DNA of 63,823 bases, the filler included, from an uncultured Rhodopirellula sp. (lineage in GTDB: Bacteria; Planctomycetota; Planctomycetia; Pirellulales; Pirellulaceae), in the NCBI GenBank assembly GCA_964007735.1. It is 3 parts of 3 records of this genome, joined end to end, with 100 filler letters (N's around TTAATTAATTAA, not from the genome) between each part and the next. Parts side by side here need not be neighbours in the genome. Positions count along the whole stretch, not along the records: positions 1 to 22,078 come from CAXGAI010000062.1; positions 22,179 to 43,855 come from CAXGAI010000063.1; 1 more part is not named here. One strand, 5' to 3'. Of this stretch, positions 19,823 to 29,106 are shown in pieces; position 1 is the stretch's first letter; the number at the start of each line of letters is the position of its first letter. The position numbers and the translations under genes are program-made. Under the pieces are notes generated by a model. The model searched no databases and was not told the origin of the DNA. It worked only from the letters and a program-made list of their open reading frames with translations.

Positions 19823-20977
19823 ATGAAAAGCTTCTTCTTAAAAAGTTCGTTTATAATCTTAACTACTGCATTCGCAGTAAATGCCAGTGAACCCAATCAA
19901 GCAGCAAACGATGCCGAGTCGGTTCAAGACAGTCGCTTCACGAACGATGAAGCAATGTCCGGGGGGAACATATTCTCCAAACTGATGGAGAGAACTCCTG
20001 CTGGATTTTCTCTAAACTCCTGGATGTCAATTGGTAATGGAGCTTTAGCAGATGCTAGTGGTGCAAATGGGGTTACCGATGACGGAACTGTCGGTGTAAA
20101 CCAACTTGGACTATCGATGAACAAGACCGGCGAAAAGGTTTCGTACCACATGGACGTTCTATATGGACGTGACGCGGGCTATTTCCAAGGACACCACAAC
20201 GATGGTAATAATTGGGATAACAGTGCTGGCTTCGATAGCGGGGATAAATATGGCGTCGCATTACCCCAGTTTTACATGACTACCAACTACGGAGACACCA
20301 CCCTGAAGCTAGGGCACTTCCTGGCCGATAGCCATACCGGACATTATTCCAGCGATCGTTTTTTCGCAACTCGGACTGGCGCAGAAGTCTCCCTCTCTCC
20401 CTACACTCTAAACGGTGTTGTGGCTCACCGAACCATCGGTGAGGTAGACTACCACATCGGTTGGTCAAGTGGGATTAATGTTGCTTTCAACACAATGGCA
20501 GGCAGTGGGACTGGTACTAATAACGACAACCGAACGGTAGGCGGCGATACCCTTATCTTTGGTGCCAAAACGGATATCAGTGATAAAACCTCTCTAAGAT
20601 ACAATGGATACCGGGGCTCACTCTCTGGATTTAATGCTTTCAATAACACTGTAATCAATGACGCTTACAGTCATGACCTTACCTTGTCACATGAAATGAA
20701 TGACAAACTGACTCTGAACTTCTACTATGGAACCAAAACCGGCGCCGATCTTCATGCCTTCCGTCAAAGTGCGTTCTACCAGTTGAATGATCGCATAGCG
20801 ATCGGTCAACGATACGAAGATGTACGCGGTGGAGTTACTGGATCAACTCACACTGTCGGGATGAACATCAAATCGAGCAAATTTGACAATTTAACTTTGC
20901 GACCCGAAATTCGTTACAGCAAAGTCGGACCTACAGATACCACTTCATTTTTCATGGACGCCGTCCTCACATACTAA
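19823..20977 (+). CDS. Outer-membrane beta-barrel protein (putative porin, BBP2/DUF1597-like)
   Basis: Signal peptide; VNQLGLS, DVLYGRDA, YGVALPQFY, LKLGHF, LRPEIRY; ends in aromatic residue (DAVLTY). Confidence 0.8.
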   Translation: MKSFFLKSSFIILTTAFAVNASEPNQAANDAESVQDSRFTNDEAMSGGNIFSKLMERTPAGFSLNSWMSIGNGALADASGANGVTDDGTVGVNQLGLSMNKTGEKVSYHMDVLYGRDAGYFQGHHNDGNNWDNSAGFDSGDKYGVALPQFYMTTNYGDTTLKLGHFLADSHTGHYSSDRFFATRTGAEVSLSPYTLNGVVAHRTIGEVDYHIGWSSGINVAFNTMAGSGTGTNNDNRTVGGDTLIFGAKTDISDKTSLRYNGYRGSLSGFNAFNNTVINDAYSHDLTLSHEMNDKLTLNFYYGTKTGADLHAFRQSAFYQLNDRIAIGQRYEDVRGGVTGSTHTVGMNIKSSKFDNLTLRPEIRYSKVGPTDTTSFFMDAVLTY

Positions 20978-21002
20978 GCAACCTAAATCCAACACAGCTT
21001 TT

Positions 21003-21035
21003 GAAAAGGGCACTCTTCTTTAGAGTGCCCTTTTC
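21003..21035. terminator. Bidirectional intrinsic terminator
   Basis: GAAAAGGGCACTCT-TCTTT-AGAGTGCCCTTTTC between convergent genes. Confidence 0.85.
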
Positions 21036-21060
21036 TATATCATCTGTCGCGCCCCGTCCT

Positions 21061-22078
21061 TCACTTCTTCAAAAACACCGTACTCTGAACGACTTCATGC
21101 ACCAAGTCACGCAAGCCACTCCCCTTAGCTTTCACGGTTCCAACGATCGATTCCAATTCTTTGCGGTCCTCTAATTCCATGATGCGTCCCGTTGAATACT
21201 CGAGAAGCTTTTTAGTCAGTTGCTGAGTAACCAGATCTTTGCGTTTCAGCAGTTCTTTTTTGAATCCAACGATATCTTTGTAATGACTTCCATCTGCCAT
21301 CTCTGCAGAGGCATCTATCGGTGTCCTGGAGCGCCCATAACTTTCACGCCACTCCCCGATGGGCCCATAATTCTCGAGGGCAAACCCCATCGGATCGATT
21401 TTAACATGGCAATCGTAGCAACTCGGATTTTCCCTGTGCTTGTCCAGCTGTTCTCGAATCGTAAGTGCCCCCTGTAGATCAGGCGCTAATGGCTCCACAT
21501 CTGGTGGAGGCGGTGTCGGCGGGGTACCAAGTAAATTATCCAGCACCCAGACGCCACGAATCACCGGTGATGTATCGATGCCATTGGCGGTAGCCGTTAG
21601 CACACTGGCATGTCCCAAAAGGCCTCCGCGACGTTTATCGGTGATGGCCACTTTGACCAACGCTGCATCATCCAACGGTGCCATCCCGTAAAGAGCCGCA
21701 AGCCCTCTGTTAACAAAGGTGAAATCAGAATCAATAAAATTAGAAATGGCTAAATTGTTTTTAAGGATATAAGCAAAGAACAGATGGGTTTCCTGTTTCA
21801 TAGCCACATCCAGATTCTCGTCGTAATAGGATTTATACTGCTTAACGTCTGGTGGCATGGAGTTAATTTTGTCTAAACGAAGCCAGCGGTCCGTGAAATG
21901 AGCGACAAAGGCCTGGGACTTGGGATCCTCCAGCATACGTTCCACTTGGGCTTGTAGAACATCGGGGCGAAGTAGGCTTCCATTTTGGGCTAATTTAAAC
22001 AACGTGTGATCGGGCATGGATGACCAGAGAAAATAACTTAAACGCGTCGCCAATTCATAGGCCGATAGCGTGTCGTTA
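21061..22078 (-). CDS. DUF1592/DUF1588/DUF1585 domain protein (5' part lost at contig end)
   Basis: ATRLSYFLWSSMPD, RRGGLLGHASVL, TSPVIRGVWVL, CYDCH haem motif, DPMGFALENY; frame is open up to the spacer. Confidence 0.92.
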
Positions 22079-22178
22079 NNNNNNNNNNNNNNNNNNNNNN
22101 NNNNNNNNNNNNNNNNNNNNNNTTAATTAATTAANNNNNNNNNNNNNNNNNNNNNNNNNNNNNNNNNNNNNNNNNNNN
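22079..22178. other. Artificial contig-joining spacer
   Basis: 44 N + TTAATTAATTAA (stop codons in all six frames) + 44 N. Confidence 0.97.
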
Positions 22179-22215
22179 TTGCAATCCGCTGCCTTAGCCA
22201 CTTGGCCACGGAGCC
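22179..22215 (-). tRNA. trnC: tRNA-Cys(GCA), 5' half only (truncated by the contig end)
   Basis: Reverse complement GGCTCCG-TG-GCCAAGTGGCTAAGGC-A-GCGGA-TTGCAA: acceptor 5' strand, D-arm, and anticodon loop with GCA. Confidence 0.88.
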
Positions 22216-22675
22216 ATTTATCGAAGTAGTACCTTTATCGTATTAACGCAATTGATCGCTGCATAGTGCCCTGCAGGGGGTTATCGAAACTTACAGAACC
22301 TGTCTAACAGGCATTGAACTACCCCATAGCATCGGTCGAATTTCCCTCGGGATGATATCTACGATTGAACGACTAATTCCTTTTTTAATCATTGGCTAAC
22401 AAATCAGTCAAATTCTACTGATTATGACGACGATAGCAGCTCGAACCCGTTTTCCAACAAGCGGTATATCTTACCCATGCGTAACATTGCGTAGGAATCC
22501 ATAGGCTCTGAAGACATAAGTCCTCACGGTTCGATTCTCTAGGTAATGAGTCTTTTTCGGTAAAAGTCTCATTCATTTTTTGAGTTGTTTCAACACTGAA
22601 ACACAGTGTCGGGTCAGGAAGGCCCCCCTAACAACCTCGCTCCTAAGCAATCGTGACACTGGAAGGATCCAACAA

Positions 22676-23008
22676 ATGATTATTAAATCGCTCGTTCAGA
22701 AACTGAGAGGCGAAGCCAGACTGAAAGAAGTTGCTGAAAACGTCGCAGAATCATGTGCAAACATCGTCTGGAATAAAATCGCTCACCGCGTACATCAGAT
22801 GACAACGCCCCAAGCCCGCGGCTACGTTCGAGGCCGAGCAGGGCGTACCGTGAAAGTTCAATTAGAACAAGCACTCGTCCGTAACGGTATTCACGAATTA
22901 CGACGAACCAAATTAATGGATCTCGCCATGAACTCGCTCATTGGATCGATGCTTGAACGCAAGCACGAACAGCAGCGGGTACCGGCCGTTATCCGCAAAG
23001 CTGCCTAA
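22676..23008 (+). CDS. Small basic hypothetical protein
   Basis: ATG 22676 with GGAAGGA upstream; QARGYVRGRA motif; ends in RKAA and is followed by a terminator. Confidence 0.7.
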   Translation: MIIKSLVQKLRGEARLKEVAENVAESCANIVWNKIAHRVHQMTTPQARGYVRGRAGRTVKVQLEQALVRNGIHELRRTKLMDLAMNSLIGSMLERKHEQQRVPAVIRKAA

Positions 23009-23040
23009 TTACAGTCACTGGCAAAACTCTGACAGGCTCC

Positions 23041-23070
23041 AAGGGATTCCTTCCACAGGAATCCCTTTTT
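23041..23070 (+). terminator. Intrinsic terminator
   Basis: AAGGGATTCCT-TCCAC-AGGAATCCCTT followed by TTTT. Confidence 0.85.
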
Positions 23071-23143
23071 TATCGAGTTCGATCATCTGTTAAACTACCC
23101 ATTACACAATTGAATCCATCTCCTCCAACTGTGATCGCAACTC

Positions 23144-24502
23144 ATGACCAAGTCCACTGACATACGCATCGTTGACATTTCAACAACTCTGGAAAACATT
23201 CGCTACCGTACTCCCATGAAATTCGGCGGGCGAGTCGTGACGGATGTCACGCTGTTTAACGTGAACGCTACGGTTGAAACGCAAGACGGCCGACTAGGAA
23301 AAGGACATGGCTCCATGCCCGTCGGAAATGCCTGGGGCTGGCCATCCGCAGTAGAACCCGGCGACCGCACGCTTGATGCAATGATCCGGCTGGGACAACT
23401 CGTCGCTGCTGCTGCCGGAGAATTGCCACAACATGGACACCCGATCGAATTAGTGCACGATCTCTCTCATGATTATGCAAGCCTGGCCCAACGGGTCGTC
23501 GACCAAATGACCCTGAACGAAGGGATACCCCGTCTAGCTCAACTTGTCTCCGCGAGCCCGATTGATGCAGCGATTAACGATGCCTATGGAGATGCTCTTC
23601 AGAATAACGCCTACAACTTATTAAGCAGTGAGCACATGAATCGGGATCTGGGACACTTTCTGGAAGGAAAACTGACCGGAAGATATCTCGATGAATTCAC
23701 CTTGCGAACCCCCAAAGCTAAGATGCCTCTTTACCATCTCATCGGAGCCCTCGACCCCCTCACCGACAGCGAAATTGACCAAAGGCTTAATGATGGTGTT
23801 CCAGAAACTCTAGGCGAGTGGATAGTTGCTGACGGCCTCACACATATGAAAATCAAACTCGCTGGTGATGATCTGGAATGGGACGTCGCCCGCGTCGCAG
23901 CCATTGAAAAGGTTAATTTAGAAATTCAGCACGGACGAGGATGTGAAAAATGGTGGTATTCAACCGACTTCAATGAGAAATGCCCCAATGTTCAATACTT
24001 ACTGGATTTTCTACAGAGAATTAAGGAAGTGGCTCCCACAGCATTTGACCGCATTCAATATATCGAACAGCCAACAAATCGAAATCTCAAGGCCTACCCC
24101 GAGAATAAGATGCACGAGGCCGCCATTGTCAAACCTGTTGTCATTGACGAGTCTCTTGTAGACCTGGAATCGCTGGAACTGTCCCGCGAACAAGGATATT
24201 CGGGAGTCGCATTAAAAGCCTGTAAGGGTCACGGAGAGGCCTTGATGATGGGTGCACTCGCACAACACTATGAACTTTTCCTTTGCGTACAGGATCTGAC
24301 CTGTGTTGGGGCATCATTTTTGCATTCAGCCAGTATCGCTGCCAGGATCCCGTCTGTAGCTGCGATTGAAGGTAATGGACGGCAGTACTGTCCACGAGGT
24401 AACGAAGGCTGGGGGGATAAATTCCCCGCGATGTTTAACATTTCCGATGGAACAGTCGGAACCTCACTACTCAACAAACACGGCTTGGGCTATCGATTAT
24501 AA
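23144..24502 (+). CDS. Enolase-superfamily (mandelate racemase/muconate lactonising) protein
   Basis: MKIKL (KxK), metal ligands in STDFNE, YIEQP and VVIDES; ALKACKG. Confidence 0.85.
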   Translation: MTKSTDIRIVDISTTLENIRYRTPMKFGGRVVTDVTLFNVNATVETQDGRLGKGHGSMPVGNAWGWPSAVEPGDRTLDAMIRLGQLVAAAAGELPQHGHPIELVHDLSHDYASLAQRVVDQMTLNEGIPRLAQLVSASPIDAAINDAYGDALQNNAYNLLSSEHMNRDLGHFLEGKLTGRYLDEFTLRTPKAKMPLYHLIGALDPLTDSEIDQRLNDGVPETLGEWIVADGLTHMKIKLAGDDLEWDVARVAAIEKVNLEIQHGRGCEKWWYSTDFNEKCPNVQYLLDFLQRIKEVAPTAFDRIQYIEQPTNRNLKAYPENKMHEAAIVKPVVIDESLVDLESLELSREQGYSGVALKACKGHGEALMMGALAQHYELFLCVQDLTCVGASFLHSASIAARIPSVAAIEGNGRQYCPRGNEGWGDKFPAMFNISDGTVGTSLLNKHGLGYRL

Positions 24503-24630
24503 AAAACCGTCACGAACGATCGTGGAATTTCTTGCACGCCAGTATTTTGGGGAAGTAGGAATGAGCCCAAACCTTTCCCGGTTTTAAGACCAACTATCGA
24601 GTAGGGTAGATTGACGACACGGCGTCTTTT

Positions 24631-25263
24631 TTACACTAAGCCATTTCGAACGGCCCAAACGGCGACCTGTGTACGATCGTTGACTCCCACCTTACGCAGA
24701 ATATGCTGCACATGTTCCTTCACTGTTTCGTAACTGATCCCCAAAGCCAATGCGATTTCTTTATTCGTAAGACCATGAGCCAGTTGCTCCAGAACCTCAC
24801 TTTCGCGTCGAGTCAAAGGAACTTCTATATCCGCTGCCAGACGCGGCGTGGCCAAAGCACCCGTCACTCGTCGTAATTCTTCACGTGACCACGCATTCTC
24901 CCCGACGGCCACCTTACGGATCGCTTCCAAGATGGTATCCCTAGCAGCATTTTTCAGAAGATAACCGGAAGCGCCCAACGCAACACTTCTAGCAACATAG
25001 GTTGGGTTATCGAAGGAGGATAACATCAAAACAGGAATCTGTGGCCGCTCAATCTTTATGCGCCCTAAAGCCGATAAGCCATCACCATCCTCTAATCGAA
25101 CATCGAGAAGGATCACGTCAGGATGATACTGTGAAATCCCTGTGAGAACATTCACCGCCGAATTGGATTCCGCAATAAGTTGAATTTCCGAACCCGCAAT
25201 CATCTTCCGAATCCCACTACGAATAATTTCGTGGTCATCGATCACCATCAACCGAATACTCAT
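24631..25263 (-). CDS. NarL/FixJ-family response regulator (REC + LuxR HTH)
   Basis: VIDDHEIIRSG, DVILLDVRL, GYLLK, LTRRESEVL, TVKEHVQHILRK. Confidence 0.95.
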   Translation of the reverse strand: MSIRLMVIDDHEIIRSGIRKMIAGSEIQLIAESNSAVNVLTGISQYHPDVILLDVRLEDGDGLSALGRIKIERPQIPVLMLSSFDNPTYVARSVALGASGYLLKNAARDTILEAIRKVAVGENAWSREELRRVTGALATPRLAADIEVPLTRRESEVLEQLAHGLTNKEIALALGISYETVKEHVQHILRKVGVNDRTQVAVWAVRNGLV

Positions 25264-25364
25264 ATTGCCCCTCTGCAGTAGGGTTAGGTATTACTTCTCC
25301 AGTACTATATCACTATTATTGTAAAAGCATGTATTCGACGCCAGAGATTTGGCTTCATTGCATT

Positions 25365-25398
25365 AAAAAAGCTCACGACCGGATAACCGGTCGTGAGC
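25365..25398 (-). terminator. Intrinsic terminator
   Basis: Minus strand GCTCACGACCGG-TTAT-CCGGTCGTGAGC followed by TTTTTT. Confidence 0.85.
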
Positions 25399-25481
25399 CG
25401 TTGAGACGCGTCCAATCCCCCCTACCAGACGATCTCAATTCCCGCAGCAAAGAGTAAAACTCTTCACTTTATCTCTTCAAA

Positions 25482-27119
25482 TTATTTCTTGAACTTGTCC
25501 AGGATTTTGTCTGGATCCACTAATAAGTCCTTTTCAGCATCATTTAATTCCGCTGTCGGCGATATACCTGAACCGAGTTCCATATCTTCTTCCGCGGTTG
25601 TCTTTTCCGAAGCAACCTTTTCATCATCCACCATCGGAACATGAGACGGAGCCTTAGATCTCATCAACTTCAAGCCGGGCACACTCGGTCGATCGGAGTC
25701 CAATTTAGGTAGAGAATCAAGAATTGCAGCATCCGGAGAAGGGACAACGGGATTCTTCAGGGCCGGAACCCTTACTGGTTTCTGAACGCTTTGTGCAGGC
25801 TCGTCGTCATCTTTCCCGAAACCGAAAGGGTTGTTAAACTCCGGAATTACAAATTCTGAAAATAAGTCAAAACCGTTCCCTGTAGTCCCGCCGGTTTTCG
25901 TTGCACGATGCTGATTTGCGCCCAAACTTTTACGACCCGGTGCGCGGTGCAGAGACGAATCGACGCTTTTAACCGCTTCACTGCCAACGGCTGTCTCTCC
26001 TCGCGGCTCGCTTATTACCGTTTCCTTTTTATCCTCTGTTGTCACACCAAATAACTCAGCCAATCCGAGATCGATTGATGGCAGTTCAAAAATAGAGGTA
26101 TTGGAAGCCGGCTTGGATTCTGCCTTGGCTTTTAAGACCACCTCCGCTTCAGCCTCCACAGCATCATCTTCTTCACGTGATTCTATCGGAGGCATCTCTT
26201 CAATGGAGTCTTCCATTGGTTCTTCGACTTCTGCTTGTCCTTCGATTTCTTCCGGCACTTCTCCCCGGCTGTTCACGAGTGGTTCGGACTTGGTTCCGAA
26301 GAATAAATTTAAGTCCAACAGTTCCAGTTTCGGTAGTCCAAGATCGGACAATTCGAAATCCGCAAGCATTGGCAAGCCGGTGAGGCTATCAACCTCTTTC
26401 TTTTCTTCCACCACGTCCGGCTTTTCTTTTACGGGCCCATCGGCTTCAGCAACGACTTCCGGCTCTGCTGCTTCTTTGATAGCTGACTTTTCTTGTGCGA
26501 TGGGCTCTGACTCAGGTAATGCTGATTTTTCCTGAGAGTCTAATTCAGTCTTTGTTTCAGGTAGAACCGCGACGGCCTGTGGCTTCGCTTTGATCTTCAA
26601 TCCCGGTGGATTGGACTCACGTCTCGGTGTCGATCCTGCATCGACAACAATACCCTCGAAGGCTTCTTCAAGTCCGGACCAGTTTAAGTTGGGAAACAAG
26701 GTCTCAAGACTCGGCAACTCAGGAAGAGATGCCTCTGTAGTATTCGTTTCTTTCAGTGTTTCTTCATCTTTTGCGACTGCAGGTACCTGATTTGCGCTCG
26801 GAGTGACTTCTTTGGCGGGCTTACGAATAGGTGTGGGCTCTACCTCTTTAAAGTCGCCAATCCGGTAAATATTGCCGTCTGCATCTCGCTTAAACCGCAA
26901 GCCGTTGTCAAAAACACGTTTCGCGTCTCGATGATCCGGCGATTTTTCAATGACGATCACTTTACCGGAGTCTCCGTCGTCAGTTAGCTTAAAACGAACA
27001 GCCTGACTGTCTTCGTCAGCACTCAACGTGCCAATACAGAGAACACCTGCGACACAGGACAGTACACTAATCGTGACTAACCCTTTATGCAACGAGAACT
27101 TCATCCCCCCAGATTTCAT
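25482..27119 (-). CDS. Secreted acidic, low-complexity (probably disordered) hypothetical protein
   Basis: N-terminal signal or anchor; E/K/P/S/D-rich body with periodic hydrophobic motifs. Confidence 0.75.
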   Translation of the reverse strand: MKSGGMKFSLHKGLVTISVLSCVAGVLCIGTLSADEDSQAVRFKLTDDGDSGKVIVIEKSPDHRDAKRVFDNGLRFKRDADGNIYRIGDFKEVEPTPIRKPAKEVTPSANQVPAVAKDEETLKETNTTEASLPELPSLETLFPNLNWSGLEEAFEGIVVDAGSTPRRESNPPGLKIKAKPQAVAVLPETKTELDSQEKSALPESEPIAQEKSAIKEAAEPEVVAEADGPVKEKPDVVEEKKEVDSLTGLPMLADFELSDLGLPKLELLDLNLFFGTKSEPLVNSRGEVPEEIEGQAEVEEPMEDSIEEMPPIESREEDDAVEAEAEVVLKAKAESKPASNTSIFELPSIDLGLAELFGVTTEDKKETVISEPRGETAVGSEAVKSVDSSLHRAPGRKSLGANQHRATKTGGTTGNGFDLFSEFVIPEFNNPFGFGKDDDEPAQSVQKPVRVPALKNPVVPSPDAAILDSLPKLDSDRPSVPGLKLMRSKAPSHVPMVDDEKVASEKTTAEEDMELGSGISPTAELNDAEKDLLVDPDKILDKFKK

Positions 27120-27397
27120 TCTTCTACTCCGAAAATTTTTTTCTTTCGATAGTGATTGCGGTGGCCTGTATCACATGGCAACCCGTGATGGCATAAAACG
27201 ACCACCCCTATTAACGTTCGGAATTAGTTACGTTCCCACTGTAGTAACATTTAACGATTTTGAGGAAAAAAACAGCTGTACGATTCGTACCAATTGCGGA
27301 GGATACTAGGCAAACACTAGCAAAGCCCCTCATTTAGACACTTTTCTACGCGATTCTCCAGTGTCAGAAACGCCATACGTTGAGGCGGTAGGGGGGG

Positions 27398-28399
27398 TTA
27401 AGAATGATAAACCGAAAACCACTCACAGAATCGCTGAATGCCATCCTCAATACTTACCTGTGGTGCAAACTGCGTCGTAGCTTCTAAGACCGTCGTATCG
27501 ACGCTTGTGGCCGGAATATCGCCAGGTTGCATCGGCAGTAACTCTTTAACAGCCTCTTTACCGAGGTTCTGTTCAATCAATTCTACAAACCGGCTAAGTT
27601 CAACTACTTCTCCGCCGCCAATATTCAGAATTCGGTAGGGAGCATTACTTGTAGCAGTATTCGGAGCATCACTCGACCATGTCCGGTCGATAGTGGGCCG
27701 ATTATTCAACAAGCGTTTAATGGGCTCAACCACATCGTCGACATACGTAAACGAGCGGCACATTTGCCCCGAATTAAACAGCTTAATTGGCTCACCGGCA
27801 GCAATCGCCTTAGCAAAAATATACAAAGCCATATCGGGGCGTCCCCAAGGACCATACACCGTAAAGAACCGTAGGCCGGTCGTTGGCAAGCGATACAAAT
27901 GGCTATAGCTATGTGCCATCAATTCATTGGCTTTCTTCGTGGCGGCGTACAAACTAATGGGATGATCTGTATTACCGTTCTCGGAAAATGGCAACTCAGT
28001 ACTCGCGCCATAAACACTACTACTGGAAGCATAAATCAGATGTCCCACATCAGAATGCCGACATCCTTCCAGAACATTCATAAACCCCATGACGTTAGCA
28101 TCGATATAATCACGAGGATGTTTCAGTGAATGCCGCACGCCAGCCTGAGCTGCAAGATGAACCACTGCATCAAAATCGCGGCTAAATAATGCGTTGGCTG
28201 TATCAGCCTCTACTAAATCCAGTTTTTCAAACTCAAACTGCGGATGCTCTATAAGCTGAGCGAGACGGGCATGTTTCATCTGCACGTCATAATATTCATT
28301 GAGACTATCAACACCGTACACATCGACCCCGTCGTTCAGCAAACGCGTGCACAAATGAAACCCAATGAATCCGGCGGCCCCGGTCACCAACACTTTCAC
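27398..28399 (-). CDS. NAD-dependent epimerase (UDP-glucuronate 4-epimerase-like)
   Basis: VTGAAGFIG, HLAAQAGVR, YASSSSVYG, YAATKKANE, LRFFTVYGPWGRPDMA. Confidence 0.93.
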   Translation of the reverse strand: MKVLVTGAAGFIGFHLCTRLLNDGVDVYGVDSLNEYYDVQMKHARLAQLIEHPQFEFEKLDLVEADTANALFSRDFDAVVHLAAQAGVRHSLKHPRDYIDANVMGFMNVLEGCRHSDVGHLIYASSSSVYGASTELPFSENGNTDHPISLYAATKKANELMAHSYSHLYRLPTTGLRFFTVYGPWGRPDMALYIFAKAIAAGEPIKLFNSGQMCRSFTYVDDVVEPIKRLLNNRPTIDRTWSSDAPNTATSNAPYRILNIGGGEVVELSRFVELIEQNLGKEAVKELLPMQPGDIPATSVDTTVLEATTQFAPQVSIEDGIQRFCEWFSVYHS

Positions 28400-28441
28400 A
28401 GCGATTTACATCCTTAAAAAACAGGTGCCAATAACCTACGT

Positions 28442-28654
28442 TTAGAACAAAGTATAGATAAAAGGTGCCGCACCCGTACCGGCTGAGATTGCAATCGCAG
28501 CAATCAACAACAAAGCAATAACAATGGGAGTCAGCCACCATTTTTTGTTGTGTTTCAGAAACAGAACGAATTCCTGAACCACACCAATATCACTTTGAGA
28601 TGCATGCGATTCAAATTCACTTTTTGAGTCTATTAAATTCTCTTCTTCTGTCAT
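28442..28654 (-). CDS. DUF5989 (SxtK-like) small membrane protein
   Basis: KKWWLTPIVI...AAPFIYTLF signature. Confidence 0.88.
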   Translation of the reverse strand: MTEEENLIDSKSEFESHASQSDIGVVQEFVLFLKHNKKWWLTPIVIALLLIAAIAISAGTGAAPFIYTLF

Positions 28655-28666
28655 GAGTCTATCAAC

Positions 28667-29083
28667 TTAAAACTGTTTGAAATACTGAGCCACCGAAGAA
28701 GGTTCGCCACGCTCAATCCAATACGATTTAGCATTGCGATCCAACACTTTTACTAACGGGTCCTTACCGAATATTCGTAACAAAACGCCAATCGGCATGA
28801 TGCAAAGATAATAGACAGCCGCCATCAATACAAACCCAACAAACATGCCGATGGGGAACGTCAGAACCATCAAGAGTACGAAAGTCTTTTTTAGCCATAA
28901 AGGATTTATCCACCCAACCAAAGCAATGACCATTCCAAATGCTAAAGAAACCACACATCCGGTGAACAATCCGGATTTCCAAAACATGACGGAAAACACC
29001 ATGGAAAATAGTGGCGCCCACAATCGCCCGAAAGAGGCTAATTGAGAACGCGGGGGATTCTTGTTGATTTCTATAAACGTCAT
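28667..29083 (-). CDS. SxtJ-family membrane protein
   Basis: QLASFG, FPIGMFV, PIGVLLRIFGKDPL, SYWIER, YFKQF. Confidence 0.88.
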   Translation of the reverse strand: MTFIEINKNPPRSQLASFGRLWAPLFSMVFSVMFWKSGLFTGCVVSLAFGMVIALVGWINPLWLKKTFVLLMVLTFPIGMFVGFVLMAAVYYLCIMPIGVLLRIFGKDPLVKVLDRNAKSYWIERGEPSSVAQYFKQF

Positions 29084-29106
29084 CGGTATTACCTTTTTAT
29101 CTTCCG

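Noticed and set aside
22520..22545. GGTTCGATTC as a tRNA T-arm (possible missing 3' half)
   Set aside because: The flanks do not form the 5-bp T-stem, and it is on the opposite strand to the tRNA-Cys fragment.
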